Below, one piece after another: positions 19,401 through 29,982 of a stretch of 64,000 bases of DNA. Origin of the DNA: a virus. Taxonomy: Duplodnaviria; Caudoviricetes. The notes under the pieces are model-generated. The model was given only the letters and a program-made list of their open reading frames with translations, was not told where the DNA came from and did not search any database. The DNA lies in the IMG/VR virus record IMGVR_UViG_3300025889_000070, one strand, 5' to 3'. Numbering within the stretch: position 1 is the stretch's first letter; every line of letters starts with the position of its first letter. A program made the position numbers and the translations under genes.

Positions 19401-22400
19401 TATGTAAGACTCTAATAAAGCTGGTTTTGATCGTCCAGTCTGGATTACCAACATCTATTTCATGAAGTGCATACTCTATCATTCTAAAAAACAGTGTGTT
19501 GGCGTTTAGGGCTAGTGTACCTGTAAATATTTCGTTAAAAATAGCAGTAGCAATAGTCCTAACTTCCTGGTGTGGCACTCTGTCAAATTTTTCAAAGTCA
19601 AACACTCCACTATCAAATCCAATAAAACTTCCAGTATCTAAGTTAGCAAAGTCATAAATCGTATCTAGTATTCTAATGGTACCTTTTTCAATAATAACTT
19701 CTATCCATTTACTTCCATCAAATTTAAGGAAGCTGAAATTACCCTCGTCATTGCTTATAACTTTGGCTAGGTCTCCAGTTTCTGCTCCAGTAATAGTTAA
19801 CAAGTCTGGTTCAGTTGCTACAGTAAATTTTGGCAGTGTTGTATTATTATACCCAGCAGCATACCAGGTTTCATAACTCCAGTATCTTGCTGTATTATAT
19901 CCCTGAACTTTTTCTAAGAACCAAGTCCGAGTATTATCAGTGGCAACTTTTAATGAATATACTGTCCAGTCACCGCCTAGTGTTTCGTCTTTTTCTACCA
20001 GTACTTTGTATCCAGCTGGTAGTGTTAACACTGCCAGGTAGTCCCTGGTTTCTACATTTGGTACCTTTTTGTCGTAGGTTCTGGAACTTGGAAACGGATC
20101 ACTGGCAAACAAGCTAGTAAGGTTGAACTGTCTTGCTATAGGTGTAGTTAAAAATACACTGTTACAATATTTTACAAATGTCTTAAGTGCTTGTTGTCTG
20201 TTAACAAAAAGTGTCTGTCTTGGACGAACATTTATACCATATTTTTCACCAGCACTTAAAGTTTCATCAGGAACTATAGCACCCTGGCTATTAGCACCCG
20301 ACAAACTGTCAATAAGTCTTGCTTTAATATTAGCTGGTAGTGTTTGCTTTGAATCACCTTCACTAATGAGTTCGAATTCACTGTGTACAATACCTTCATT
20401 TTTTACAACATCGTAGTTAATATTTAAAACAACATTTTTATCAGCCCAGGTTTTAGACATATTGTTCATAACAAACGCATTTTTGTCAACAAGGCTTAAA
20501 TATTTTATGCCAGAACTTATTGGATTTTCAATTAGCTGTCTTACGCCTTCAGTACTAATTTGCCTGCGTTCATCATCAGGGAATGTTGTTAAACCAGATA
20601 CCCAATAATAATATTTTGTAATACTAGTGTTTGTTACACTGTTATACTGCAAACTTACGCTGTAAGCACTATCATCAGGATATTTAGGTGTTCCTGGCAA
20701 GCCGCTGTCAACATGTTGACTAGGTAATACTGAACTTTCTGTCCATTCATAAATGTCAATACTACTGCCAGGAAAGAACTGATTCCAGTGCTGAATTCTA
20801 TATGCTAAATCACCTTGTTCATACTCTATTACTCTGCAAGTACTTAAATCCCACCATAATCTGCCAACTTTTTCATTATTCCAGTTATTGTTTTCAGCAA
20901 AGGTTACACTATTAGGAATAGAGCTAACATTGTAGGCTGCAGGATCTATTGGTAAGATATAGTCTAGTTCGCCTTGTGCTAAACCAGGCAGTTTATTTTT
21001 ATAAATGTCAACAGTGTCTACAAAGTCTAATATCTGGTTTGTTGATTTATCGTAAGTAACAACTCTGTTAATTACATCAACATCTACTTTTGGTGTTTGT
21101 ACACGATGCTTGGACCATGTATCTGTATTATTTGTATTTTGGAAATAATAAAAACTTCCGGCATTTGTTAGCCAAATATTATCACTTGGACTACCAACAA
21201 ATATTCTACCCTGGTTTATAACGGCGCTGCCACCGAACTGATCAAGCTCATTTATATTTGTATTTCTTAGCTGTTGACCAAATGCAAATAATGGTTGGTT
21301 GGTAATACTTTGTGGTTTGCCAGGTACTGCGCTGCTATCAAGCAAATCATAAACATAAGCAGCGCCGCTCTGTGTAACTCTGTCAATAAATTTGGTGCTA
21401 TCATCATCAAACGTGGTTAGTGCATCATTGAACGTTAAACTTGTAGTGTTAGTGTCACGATCAAAAGCAACTGGCAGCAATGAGCTAGCTCTATCACTAG
21501 CAATAACCATTCTTTGTTTTGCTACTGAATCCTGTGGAATATGCTTATCAAATTCTACTACACGACCAAAGTTTTCATTTGCTACACCCAGTGGATGATT
21601 TATTTTTTGACTGTACTTAAAGGGTTTTACTTCTGCCAACACTCTAAAAGTATTTCCAGCGCCGGGCCTTACTTTCAGTTTTTTGTTTGGATCTTTATTT
21701 ACTGTTGTAATTTTAACTTGACCAGATGTGGTAAGACTAGCAGTTACACCAACCAGGCTAGTGCTATCATTAATAGGTGATGCAAATTTACTAGGATCAT
21801 TACTGGTGTTAAAATTCATTACAACTTCGAAATCATCTACAAATATTGTATCATTTTGATTAGTAAAAGTTGTCTTATTACTATTAGCAGTTGTTAGTTC
21901 TCCAAAACGCAGGCCTTCATCCATGAACACAAAAACGCTGCCAGTGTTTGGATTTACTTCATCTTCACCAGGACTGCCAATACTTGCTATTACACCATAG
22001 GCATCTAATCCCACGCTATAGCCAAAATTTTCACTGTCTCCTAGAGTTTGACCAGAGATCTGGGCCTGATCTATTCTTTGTATTTCAGCAAAACTTCCTG
22101 TATATACTCGGATCTTGCTTCCTGACCTGGGCTTATATCTAAAGCTAATAGTATTACCAGCAACTGTATACCTGTTTTCACTGCTATCACTATCAAAACT
22201 ACTAAATTCCCCGGTTGCTAGTTGTTGTTTTACGCCGTCTACTTCTATATAGAAATTACTGGCCAGGCTGGTGTTTGTTGTGAATTGATGTGTGGTTCCA
22301 TCGCCAGTAAATCTTTCTACTATATGATGGAATAGATATGCTTCACCAGCATTAGTAAACACTGTGCTATCACTGTTTGGTACTTCACTATATGGAGCGC

Positions 22401-25400
22401 CTACAATAATAGTTTCACCGGCCGTATCACAGTCTAGACTAAATCCAAACTGGTCTCCACTTATGGTTTCACTGCCAGTGATAGATGTTGTATAGCTATA
22501 GTAACTGCGTTTGCGAACAACTACATTAACTCCTGTTGCTGGTGCACTAGTAAATGTTAGAGTAGTTCCTGACACTGTCCAATCTTTGAATGACAGATAC
22601 TCTTTTGTATTACTATCTCTTATGAAAAGCTCGTGTGCACTAGATGAAGTATTAAGTGTAAATGCAGTTGTTAAAGAATTACCAGCAAAGGTCTGACTTG
22701 TTTCTTTTGCTGTTGGGACCTCTACTAGAGTATACACATGAACTCGGTTTTCCCCAGGAGCACCAACAAATAGATACCTGTCGTCTTTACTGATTGCTAG
22801 ACTATATCCAAACTGAGCATTTGCGCCAGGATTTTCTAATCTAATACTCTGAGTAAGATTAAACACACCAACATTATCACGCTTGTAAACAAATACATAA
22901 CCAAAACTGCCTTCACTACTGGGTGCACCAACAGCTAACCATACATTGCCTGCTGCCACACTATAACCATAAGCGTCTACACTGGTTCTTATATCCTGAG
23001 CTGTAAGTTTTGAGGCGGGATTGAATGTGCCACTTGAATCTCTGGCATAGGGATAAACAACACCAGTTGACTGTTCAGGAGCGCCACTAAACAGGTTAAG
23101 ACTATCATCAGTTATAGCAAGACTTGTTCCATTTTTACTATTACCACTACTTTCTATATTGAATATGACACTCTTGGAATCCCAGGGATTATTCTTTTTA
23201 AATACTGCCCAGTTACTTTTCTCGTCATAATCTACCCAGGCTAATTCGTTTTTCTCCCAGCCATATGGTGGTGTAAATGTAGCAATGTTACTTGTATTAG
23301 TAAATCTTGTGCTTACTAGTTTAAATATTGAAATAACAATATTAGATAAACTGTCTATTTCTGTGTCATCATCAACTCTTACAGTAAATTTGGTACTGCC
23401 TTCAGTGCTATGAATTATCTTTACACCGCCCACAATACTATTACTTGATTTTATAACAACTTTGTCATTTTTTACTAAACCGTTGGCTCTATTAGTAGTG
23501 TAGGTAATGAATCCGATACCAGGTTGCTCAATTCCAGTAACCTCAGCATTTATTTCTGTTACTCTGAAGACATCCCAATCAAAGTTGCTTTTAGCTGTCC
23601 ATATAGTTGTACCCCTACCAATACGGCTAATATCGGCTGATAATTGATCTAGATTACTGTCTAAATCAAAAATAGCAAAATCAGTGTCATCTATTCTTGG
23701 ATGGCCAGCCCCCGCAATATCTGTTTTTTTAACATTGCTAGTTCTAGTTGCAAAAATATTTTTATTATATTTGTTGGGAAGTTTAAACAAATCTTTTGGA
23801 TAATACTTCAAACCTAGATTACTACCAGAATCCCCTGTATTCAAAAGTTCAACAAAAACTTGATTTTCTTGCGCCTTAGATTCATCAACAACTAACTCGA
23901 TAACCTGGTTGCTGTCAATACTTCCAAAAGCACCAGATCTGAATCCCCATTCTTCAAATACATCTATTTCCTGATTCAGGTTAGTTAGTTCTGCTGTAGT
24001 AAGTCTGTCAATAACATTTTTAGTACCCTTGTTTCTAATCATACCCTGATAGAACTTAATTTGACTAATGTCATCCAATCCTAATTGATCTAAATACTCT
24101 CTGGCTCTAAATCCGATTTGGCCTTTAGCTGCTTTATCTGTGCTGCTTTCTAAATTTGTTTTATCAAAATCGTAAAAGTCATTAAATCTGTCTGCCTTCT
24201 GAGTTAGGTTAGGCAGTAATCCTGTACGCATATCTTCTACTAGACGCCAATTACTAAAATTGAACTTACTTTCACCAACATGATTTGTAATAGCAGCATA
24301 CAGTTTTTTGTTGTGACTTACAACTTCGCCCTTTTTATAATCTGTGTTTTCTACCCATACATCAAATTTATTTTCATTTATAATAAATCCTGGACTGTGT
24401 AATGTACCGTTCCAGGGACTGCTTTTAAACCCTACAAACTTAATTCTTGCTTGTCTATTACCAAGTTCAGGTTGATATATTACATCATTGAAAATAGTTG
24501 TATTGTCTATAACCAAATAATGTTCATACTGGATCGGATCTAGTCTAGCACTATAGATCTGATTTTTATTTTCGTCTACAGTAATTAAACTTAAATTGTC
24601 TATTCTACTTACATTATATTCTGTAGGTTTAAGTGCTTTGCTGCTAGGATTTTTAATATCTCCATTTTTGTTTACGTTGTCCAGAGTGGTTAATGGCCTA
24701 TTAATTCTAACTTCGGTGTTAGCAGGGCTAATACCAAGAACACTGCCAACACTCCAGTTTTGCTGATCCCAGAACAAAAATTCTTTTACAGCTAGAGTAA
24801 AATCCTTGGGTTCTTTATTTGAGTTAAGTGTTTCAAATTTAAATCCTTTAGCAGTCAAATATCTTTGATAAGCGATCAAAAAATCACAAACTTGTTGCTT
24901 AGATCTTATAAAAGTACCATATGGAATGTTACTAATAAAGTTTTGACTGTCTTCATATAATACCGCAGTATCAGTACCAACAGTTATAGTTCTGGTGTTA
25001 GAGGATCTAATACTTGGTATAATTTTAAAGAATGGATTATCTGTGTCAAAGCCTACAACTTCGTAACCATTTTGTTTTTTGATAATATTAACACCAGTAT
25101 AAGTAACTCTTTCAAGAGGAGTACTCTTGTTTAAAAATAGTTTTACATTTTCATCAGGAATAAAAATATTACTACTAGTACTAGTAGGGGTAGTACTTTC
25201 TATAAGAAGTTTACACTTATCTAGATTTGTAAACCCGCTAAGTGGATGGACAAGTTTGAGTTCCAAATTTTGTACTTGAGTTTGTAAATCAGTAGTGCTT
25301 AAACTTTTGAACTTAAGGTAACTTTCTAAGAACTGATTATATCCTTCAACCCTGTTTACGTTTGTTGTGGTACCAACACTGGTTCCATTAATTTTATAGT

Positions 25401-28400
25401 CTCTTATTTTTGGTCTGTAAGATTTATTTTTTTGTAGTATCTGATTAAATTCACTATTAAAACTAAAGAGATTTGTGTCCCACTGCAGGGCAAAATACCT
25501 CGCAGGGTTTTTTATTGCTGCTAGAATTTGTACTACGAATGGCCATTCACTACTACGACGCCACACAGATTCAACTGGTGCTACGTCGCCTATTCTCCAA
25601 TTATCTTTTGTATTGGTTTCTAAACTTCCCTTGGTTAAAAACTCAGCTGGACTTATAAGTTGTCCTTGATCGTTAACTGGTATTAAATTAGTTAGGCCTG
25701 GTCGCTTCCATAAATTGTTTACTGTATAGGTAGCATCAATATCAGCGCCAGAATACCTTTTGCCCTTTTCTAAATCTTCCCAGAGCACGTAGTTGCCACG
25801 AGTATATGGCGCCTTTCCATAACGTGTATCCCACCAACTTGGCTTCTGATACAAGCCCAGCATTTCCCAGGGAGTTAAGTGGGGAGTTTCTGTGTCGTAT
25901 AACCAACGATAGATAGCACGCCAATAACCTGGCAGCCTGGAATCTTTATCTTTTGTTATAGCAAGATTGTAGTTCCAGGTAAAACTATTATTAGGATCAT
26001 GATGTGTGTTGGTTAAGTAGTCTAGACTATTTTTTTGTGCCCAAGCAGCAAAGTATTTTCCTATAATGCTATTATCATTAGCAAGGTCTTCTAGTGTGTT
26101 TCTAAAATATCCACTTGTATAATTTAAAATGTCGATAACTGCTGGATTGTAGCTTGTCTTAATATTATTATAAACTCTAGCCTCATATTCCAGTATAATC
26201 TTATCTCTTATATCTTTATACGCAACCCAACGACTGCCATCATGACCTATAATTATTGGTGTATAATTTTTATACTCAGGATAATCTTCTGTGTCTATAG
26301 TAGCATGTGCTTGGTTTGTGGAAGGCATATAAAAAATTCTATCAGTGCCTTCGAACTTATGAGCATGTGATTGCCCGCTAGCATCTGCCGCGGCCGCGGC
26401 AGCACTAGTAGTATAAAGCGGATAAAACCATCCTGTTTGTCCTTGAGTACGCTGAACATAACGACTGTCACTTGTACCATAAATTTTGAAAGGTCCAGTT
26501 CCACTACTTGTACCAGTTTGATAAGTGTCGTCTAAACTAACAGTTGGTTGGAATTTAGGATATAAACCTAGTTTACTGGGCGTAGGTGGCACAAAGCTAC
26601 CATTTGTATTAGCGTATTCTACAATCTCAATAACGTCACCAACAGCAAGATCTAATTTGGTGTCAAGCGTAATACTTGCTTGTACAGTGTCAAATGTATA
26701 ATCTTTTCCGTGTATCAGCTGATTCTTTTTACCAGTTTCATCTAGATAAACTAGAACACCTCTACTACTAATTTCTGTTAAGTCAAACTGAGTTTTAAAC
26801 TCAAAAGTTCTTTCTGTTGTTTGATCCAGTGTTATCTTAGTTATAGTTTTTTCACTACCCCAGGGAAGCATATCTGTATAATAAAATGGAAAATCACTGC
26901 TCTTGCTGCCTACCATAAATGTTAAAATAGTATCCAGGGCGCCACTGGGATTTCTCAAATCAAGATCAAGTTTATCAATATTATCTAAAAGTCTATTTTT
27001 AAACCTAGTATATTCTTCTAGACTGTACTTCATACTACTTACAAACAAATTGTCATCAACAGTTAGTAAGTAGTGAGCAAGAGTTGCACCAGCACTGTGT
27101 TGTAAAATTTTACCAGGATAGTTTTTGTAACTTAAATCTCTTGCGTTGTTTGTTCCTAGGCTTTTTCCTGTAAAATCCGAAATATTTCTTGTAATCTCTA
27201 CAAAGTGGTTTCTACACTGACCCAGTGTTAAATCATTAAAGTCAGCATTGTTAGCATTATTTTCTAGGTTACTTGCTACTTCGTAAAATCCTAGTTTATT
27301 AACAGTATCGCTATAAACTCTGATCAAGACAACGTCATCTGATTTTAATGCAGCTAGAAAACTTACATAGTACTTTTCATTTTGAAACAGTTGTACATAC
27401 TTGTCTGTAGTTTGGAACACACCATTAACAAAAACTTGTAGTGTTACCTCGCCTAAAATTTCCTTAGGCTTACTTCCTATTTCAAAGGCATATTTTTCTT
27501 TATCAACAACATATTGGACTTGCTGCCATTGCCTGCTTTCATGTCTTACTCGTGTCCAACCATTTAATAAACTTCTTGTTGTCCCGGAATAACTATGAAT
27601 ATGACCACTTTTTACAATAATGTCAACTGCTCCAGTACTAGTAGTATAGGTAAACTTTTCTGTAATGAAATTATTGTCAAAAACAATATCACCAACGTTG
27701 GCAATATTTTTATAACTTAATCCAAATCCTAAAACAGTATCAGCATTTGCATTATTATTTCTTTTGTAACTAAACAGTCTGCTTCCTGCAAAATTACTAC
27801 TGGGATATTTGGTTGTATTACTAAAACTGACATGTTCACCATCAAATACATCAAACAAGGGTTCCTGGTTATTTTTAGTTTTTTGCTGTGCTAACTTCCA
27901 GATCTCGTTACCAGTATTATCAGTAGTATAATGATACATCTTACCCTGAGATGTTGTACCTAACATGCTTAATACGCTGTCATTTACACTTACTGTGTCT
28001 ATTTTAACAAGATTTATAATGGTATTAGTATTAGCATTATTGTCCTGATCTATTAGATCTACACGATAAATGTTTTGTTTAATGTCAGGATCTTTTGTAA
28101 AAATTATTGTTAGTCCTGGAGTCAAACTAATGCCATCACTGAAGTATCCAGTTTTTCCGTTTACATTACTAAAGGCATCTGTTTCACTGGTATCAATGAT
28201 ACTTACAGGTGTTTTACTAGTATAACCCATGTTAAACAAGTGTAACCCACTGTCAAATTCAATAATAGGACGTTTAGCTCTTGCTGCATCATCTATAACT
28301 GTGGTGAAATTATTATATTTTGCTGTTGCTGTAATAACGTCTCGGTGGAACCATCTGTTTCCCCTGCTCCAAGCATTGTTATCACCACTACTACGATTAA

Positions 28401-29982
28401 TAAGAATGTAGTCTTGATTAAGTGGATTATTAAGTGTGGACTCAAAATTACCTACATCAAAATTAGTACTATCGAAAGGAACATTAGCACTCTTTTGAAA
28501 ACTTTCCGGCGTAACTAAATCATCCACAGCAACCAGTTTAATGCTGGACCCAACACCTTCTACATAAAATTCTTTATTTTGAAAGTTAACAGGTGTTACC
28601 GTTGTATCAAAGTTTACTTTTAATCCATTTGTAAAATTAACACCGTTGGGACTCGTGTATGTTTTTTTACCCAGTACATCATTACTAATATCAATAACAC
28701 TATTACTGCCCTGATCTACTAGTATAATTTTACCGTTACGGTCAGCATCCCTGCCGTCCTGATAAAAAAGTTCGTTCTGACTAGCAGTAATATTAGGAAT
28801 AAGTCTTAAAAATCCTTCTGGATCTTTATAAAATTCTCTGCTGCCGTACTGTATACCTTGACTAACATATACTTTATTCCCCTGCGTAATATTCTGAATA
28901 AAAGCAAGTTTAATAGTACTAACACCATCAACATTTTCAATATTAATCCGGAATACACTGTAACGTTCTGCTTGATTCAGGGCTGTTACTGGGTCAAAGG
29001 TACCCTCACTGCCTTCTGTTGAACCACTGTCATAACCATGGGCATCAAAAAGTGCACCCTGATTCCAACGATTCTCATCAAGTGTATCATTAATCATAAT
29101 GATGTCTAAGCCGTCTATTTCAGTAAGTCCATCTATTCCGGTTGTATATTGTGCTAAAAATGCACTTAGTGTTTGATTGTGTAATTCACTGTAGGTTAAG
29201 GCTGTAGCCAAATCAACCACATAATCAGTTGTCATATTTGTAAACTGACTCTGGTCCTCAGCCTGGGGTACTCTAAAAGTTATAATACCAGCATCTTCAC
29301 CATTGTTTATTACACCAGCAACTTCTCGTGTACTGATATTTTGTTGTTGGCTGTCTATTCCTGACAAGCCACGTTCTGTTTGAATCCAAAAAGGAATTCC
29401 TACTTGGTCTACTTTAAAAGTATATTCGCCACCTCTAGCAAGGTAAAGAGTAGGATTAATACTAGCAGTAGCACTGTCAAATCTGTATAAAGTTTCGCTT
29501 GCTGATCTAAGAACCGTATAATCTCGAGTAGCGTCTACAGTACCAGCAAAAACCTGAACTGGATCTGGGCCAGCTGGTAACCAAAAATATTCACCATAGT
29601 TAATAAGTTTATCAAAATCAACAAAACTACTCCAGTTATAAAACTGTTGTCTATAAAGTAGGTCTTGATTATTTGTTTGTCCATTATTATAGTTGATAGT
29701 GTTAAGAGCATCTATAATACTGCTTACACTCTTAATATCGCCTGCAGCGTCCTGGTAAATAACACCTGGTTCTAGTTGATAATTTTGTCGCGTAGAATTT
29801 ATTTCCTTGAGGTAATTATCCTTAGCAATAAAGTTTTCTGCATTTTTTCTGCCAATAAAACCACTAAACTTAGCTTTATTTTCTTCACTTATCAATTGGT
29901 CAAGCGTAGCATTTAGGAACTTAGTATTTTTACTAGTTCTGAATACCTCTGGTAAAAGTTGACTACTTTTTCTTACAGCCAT
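16408..29982 (-). CDS. Giant baseplate wedge-like protein (gp7-like position), 4524 aa
   Basis: Directly after gp6 (overlapping stop/start); contains FG-GAP-like repeats (FGYSLAISKDDRYLFVGAP, FGFSLDCDTAGETIIVGAP), GDGxTxxF modules and FDxxxFD repeats; C-terminal KPYHTKIRE motif. Confidence 0.75.
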   Translation of the reverse strand: MAVRKSSQLLPEVFRTSKNTKFLNATLDQLISEENKAKFSGFIGRKNAENFIAKDNYLKEINSTRQNYQLEPGVIYQDAAGDIKSVSSIIDALNTINYNNGQTNNQDLLYRQQFYNWSSFVDFDKLINYGEYFWLPAGPDPVQVFAGTVDATRDYTVLRSASETLYRFDSATASINPTLYLARGGEYTFKVDQVGIPFWIQTERGLSGIDSQQQNISTREVAGVINNGEDAGIITFRVPQAEDQSQFTNMTTDYVVDLATALTYSELHNQTLSAFLAQYTTGIDGLTEIDGLDIIMINDTLDENRWNQGALFDAHGYDSGSTEGSEGTFDPVTALNQAERYSVFRINIENVDGVSTIKLAFIQNITQGNKVYVSQGIQYGSREFYKDPEGFLRLIPNITASQNELFYQDGRDADRNGKIILVDQGSNSVIDISNDVLGKKTYTSPNGVNFTNGLKVNFDTTVTPVNFQNKEFYVEGVGSSIKLVAVDDLVTPESFQKSANVPFDSTNFDVGNFESTLNNPLNQDYILINRSSGDNNAWSRGNRWFHRDVITATAKYNNFTTVIDDAARAKRPIIEFDSGLHLFNMGYTSKTPVSIIDTSETDAFSNVNGKTGYFSDGISLTPGLTIIFTKDPDIKQNIYRVDLIDQDNNANTNTIINLVKIDTVSVNDSVLSMLGTTSQGKMYHYTTDNTGNEIWKLAQQKTKNNQEPLFDVFDGEHVSFSNTTKYPSSNFAGSRLFSYKRNNNANADTVLGFGLSYKNIANVGDIVFDNNFITEKFTYTTSTGAVDIIVKSGHIHSYSGTTRSLLNGWTRVRHESRQWQQVQYVVDKEKYAFEIGSKPKEILGEVTLQVFVNGVFQTTDKYVQLFQNEKYYVSFLAALKSDDVVLIRVYSDTVNKLGFYEVASNLENNANNADFNDLTLGQCRNHFVEITRNISDFTGKSLGTNNARDLSYKNYPGKILQHSAGATLAHYLLTVDDNLFVSSMKYSLEEYTRFKNRLLDNIDKLDLDLRNPSGALDTILTFMVGSKSSDFPFYYTDMLPWGSEKTITKITLDQTTERTFEFKTQFDLTEISSRGVLVYLDETGKKNQLIHGKDYTFDTVQASITLDTKLDLAVGDVIEIVEYANTNGSFVPPTPSKLGLYPKFQPTVSLDDTYQTGTSSGTGPFKIYGTSDSRYVQRTQGQTGWFYPLYTTSAAAAAADASGQSHAHKFEGTDRIFYMPSTNQAHATIDTEDYPEYKNYTPIIIGHDGSRWVAYKDIRDKIILEYEARVYNNIKTSYNPAVIDILNYTSGYFRNTLEDLANDNSIIGKYFAAWAQKNSLDYLTNTHHDPNNSFTWNYNLAITKDKDSRLPGYWRAIYRWLYDTETPHLTPWEMLGLYQKPSWWDTRYGKAPYTRGNYVLWEDLEKGKRYSGADIDATYTVNNLWKRPGLTNLIPVNDQGQLISPAEFLTKGSLETNTKDNWRIGDVAPVESVWRRSSEWPFVVQILAAIKNPARYFALQWDTNLFSFNSEFNQILQKNKSYRPKIRDYKINGTSVGTTTNVNRVEGYNQFLESYLKFKSLSTTDLQTQVQNLELKLVHPLSGFTNLDKCKLLIESTTPTSTSSNIFIPDENVKLFLNKSTPLERVTYTGVNIIKKQNGYEVVGFDTDNPFFKIIPSIRSSNTRTITVGTDTAVLYEDSQNFISNIPYGTFIRSKQQVCDFLIAYQRYLTAKGFKFETLNSNKEPKDFTLAVKEFLFWDQQNWSVGSVLGISPANTEVRINRPLTTLDNVNKNGDIKNPSSKALKPTEYNVSRIDNLSLITVDENKNQIYSARLDPIQYEHYLVIDNTTIFNDVIYQPELGNRQARIKFVGFKSSPWNGTLHSPGFIINENKFDVWVENTDYKKGEVVSHNKKLYAAITNHVGESKFNFSNWRLVEDMRTGLLPNLTQKADRFNDFYDFDKTNLESSTDKAAKGQIGFRAREYLDQLGLDDISQIKFYQGMIRNKGTKNVIDRLTTAELTNLNQEIDVFEEWGFRSGAFGSIDSNQVIELVVDESKAQENQVFVELLNTGDSGSNLGLKYYPKDLFKLPNKYNKNIFATRTSNVKKTDIAGAGHPRIDDTDFAIFDLDSNLDQLSADISRIGRGTTIWTAKSNFDWDVFRVTEINAEVTGIEQPGIGFITYTTNRANGLVKNDKVVIKSSNSIVGGVKIIHSTEGSTKFTVRVDDDTEIDSLSNIVISIFKLVSTRFTNTSNIATFTPPYGWEKNELAWVDYDEKSNWAVFKKNNPWDSKSVIFNIESSGNSKNGTSLAITDDSLNLFSGAPEQSTGVVYPYARDSSGTFNPASKLTAQDIRTSVDAYGYSVAAGNVWLAVGAPSSEGSFGYVFVYKRDNVGVFNLTQSIRLENPGANAQFGYSLAISKDDRYLFVGAPGENRVHVYTLVEVPTAKETSQTFAGNSLTTAFTLNTSSSAHELFIRDSNTKEYLSFKDWTVSGTTLTFTSAPATGVNVVVRKRSYYSYTTSITGSETISGDQFGFSLDCDTAGETIIVGAPYSEVPNSDSTVFTNAGEAYLFHHIVERFTGDGTTHQFTTNTSLASNFYIEVDGVKQQLATGEFSSFDSDSSENRYTVAGNTISFRYKPRSGSKIRVYTGSFAEIQRIDQAQISGQTLGDSENFGYSVGLDAYGVIASIGSPGEDEVNPNTGSVFVFMDEGLRFGELTTANSNKTTFTNQNDTIFVDDFEVVMNFNTSNDPSKFASPINDSTSLVGVTASLTTSGQVKITTVNKDPNKKLKVRPGAGNTFRVLAEVKPFKYSQKINHPLGVANENFGRVVEFDKHIPQDSVAKQRMVIASDRASSLLPVAFDRDTNTTSLTFNDALTTFDDDSTKFIDRVTQSGAAYVYDLLDSSAVPGKPQSITNQPLFAFGQQLRNTNINELDQFGGSAVINQGRIFVGSPSDNIWLTNAGSFYYFQNTNNTDTWSKHRVQTPKVDVDVINRVVTYDKSTNQILDFVDTVDIYKNKLPGLAQGELDYILPIDPAAYNVSSIPNSVTFAENNNWNNEKVGRLWWDLSTCRVIEYEQGDLAYRIQHWNQFFPGSSIDIYEWTESSVLPSQHVDSGLPGTPKYPDDSAYSVSLQYNSVTNTSITKYYYWVSGLTTFPDDERRQISTEGVRQLIENPISSGIKYLSLVDKNAFVMNNMSKTWADKNVVLNINYDVVKNEGIVHSEFELISEGDSKQTLPANIKARLIDSLSGANSQGAIVPDETLSAGEKYGINVRPRQTLFVNRQQALKTFVKYCNSVFLTTPIARQFNLTSLFASDPFPSSRTYDKKVPNVETRDYLAVLTLPAGYKVLVEKDETLGGDWTVYSLKVATDNTRTWFLEKVQGYNTARYWSYETWYAAGYNNTTLPKFTVATEPDLLTITGAETGDLAKVISNDEGNFSFLKFDGSKWIEVIIEKGTIRILDTIYDFANLDTGSFIGFDSGVFDFEKFDRVPHQEVRTIATAIFNEIFTGTLALNANTLFFRMIEYALHEIDVGNPDWTIKTSFIRVLHKIRDLDQYPTYQLDNSTFVEKYIEEVKPYHTKIREYVAKYDGTDNWKGDVTDFDLHSFYDTSVEYFRKPSGDFGGDEITRTQGLNNPWSKNYTYYIDSIVINSAGAGFLDNPTLTISAPDVSGGTQATATAVTNGNSIVRITVTNKGSGYTKTPTLTITGQGTGLDISPRLKNDQIREFDTTLKFDRITYATIVKDWAANTSYVYKDLIAYYNTNTKIQEVYQVSASGGFTSGSAFSVEDITGTIILVPYADENLSSAADRIGAYYVPGEGMLGDDLELLQPGTGYLANKVSGLGFDKEPGFDSATYDIIGFDNFEIDTDGLTTVSGLDTVIKSTFSDLALGTRPEDIDIDGGKFVDVYNSHAPEEFVPGIVFDNLDMEVYTDPSDDFLGDGNSFKTVSRVYTADGTSNKFYYANLTRKELVDYLVVYQGSTRIFDFTADYEGRTISFASTPAAGTQIYIYGFGTTGEKITHEEVIIGDGSTVQYTLGVEYSRYVQSLVLRDGVPVTHTISNQNNRVNITLSTNNPDGSVLHAFISNRSVAKPAFTYGTTQEITLTSGTYIYNLDQSFDDDFANPLTGNVIVELGTERLRPSNSKYYTLDGSTVAYRVPSTAQETAANTSVGDIIVTRLDKINNITQNLNNIQDYTLTQVVDATSTLVWQVNLLSAYNSGDTLIVSVENSNEFYIDAGKLRLDNSVSFSTGDKVYVTSFNNHDPLRTQTKVFIGQGSELVPSIDEFDELGFDSGAFDGETLAGLALNKYTQDRTPTNANNLWITLDGVRLHAGDFTIDINGRIDLSSQIINANTEIIVTHFSENTIEPIIGYRMVNDMLGNYEYFRLCNDGQTKLAKDLKPADTKIYVEDATKLPLVNVNSDNPGVLYVGNERITYWEISLEDNYVTNIRRSTMGTRWAPMHLKGTEVYDTTDKQRLPATDTHTKTWYTLGASTAANGYGLQSSSTINAAFLKDCEAALPNYIQELQSPLYVDDGYVDANYVEELEL

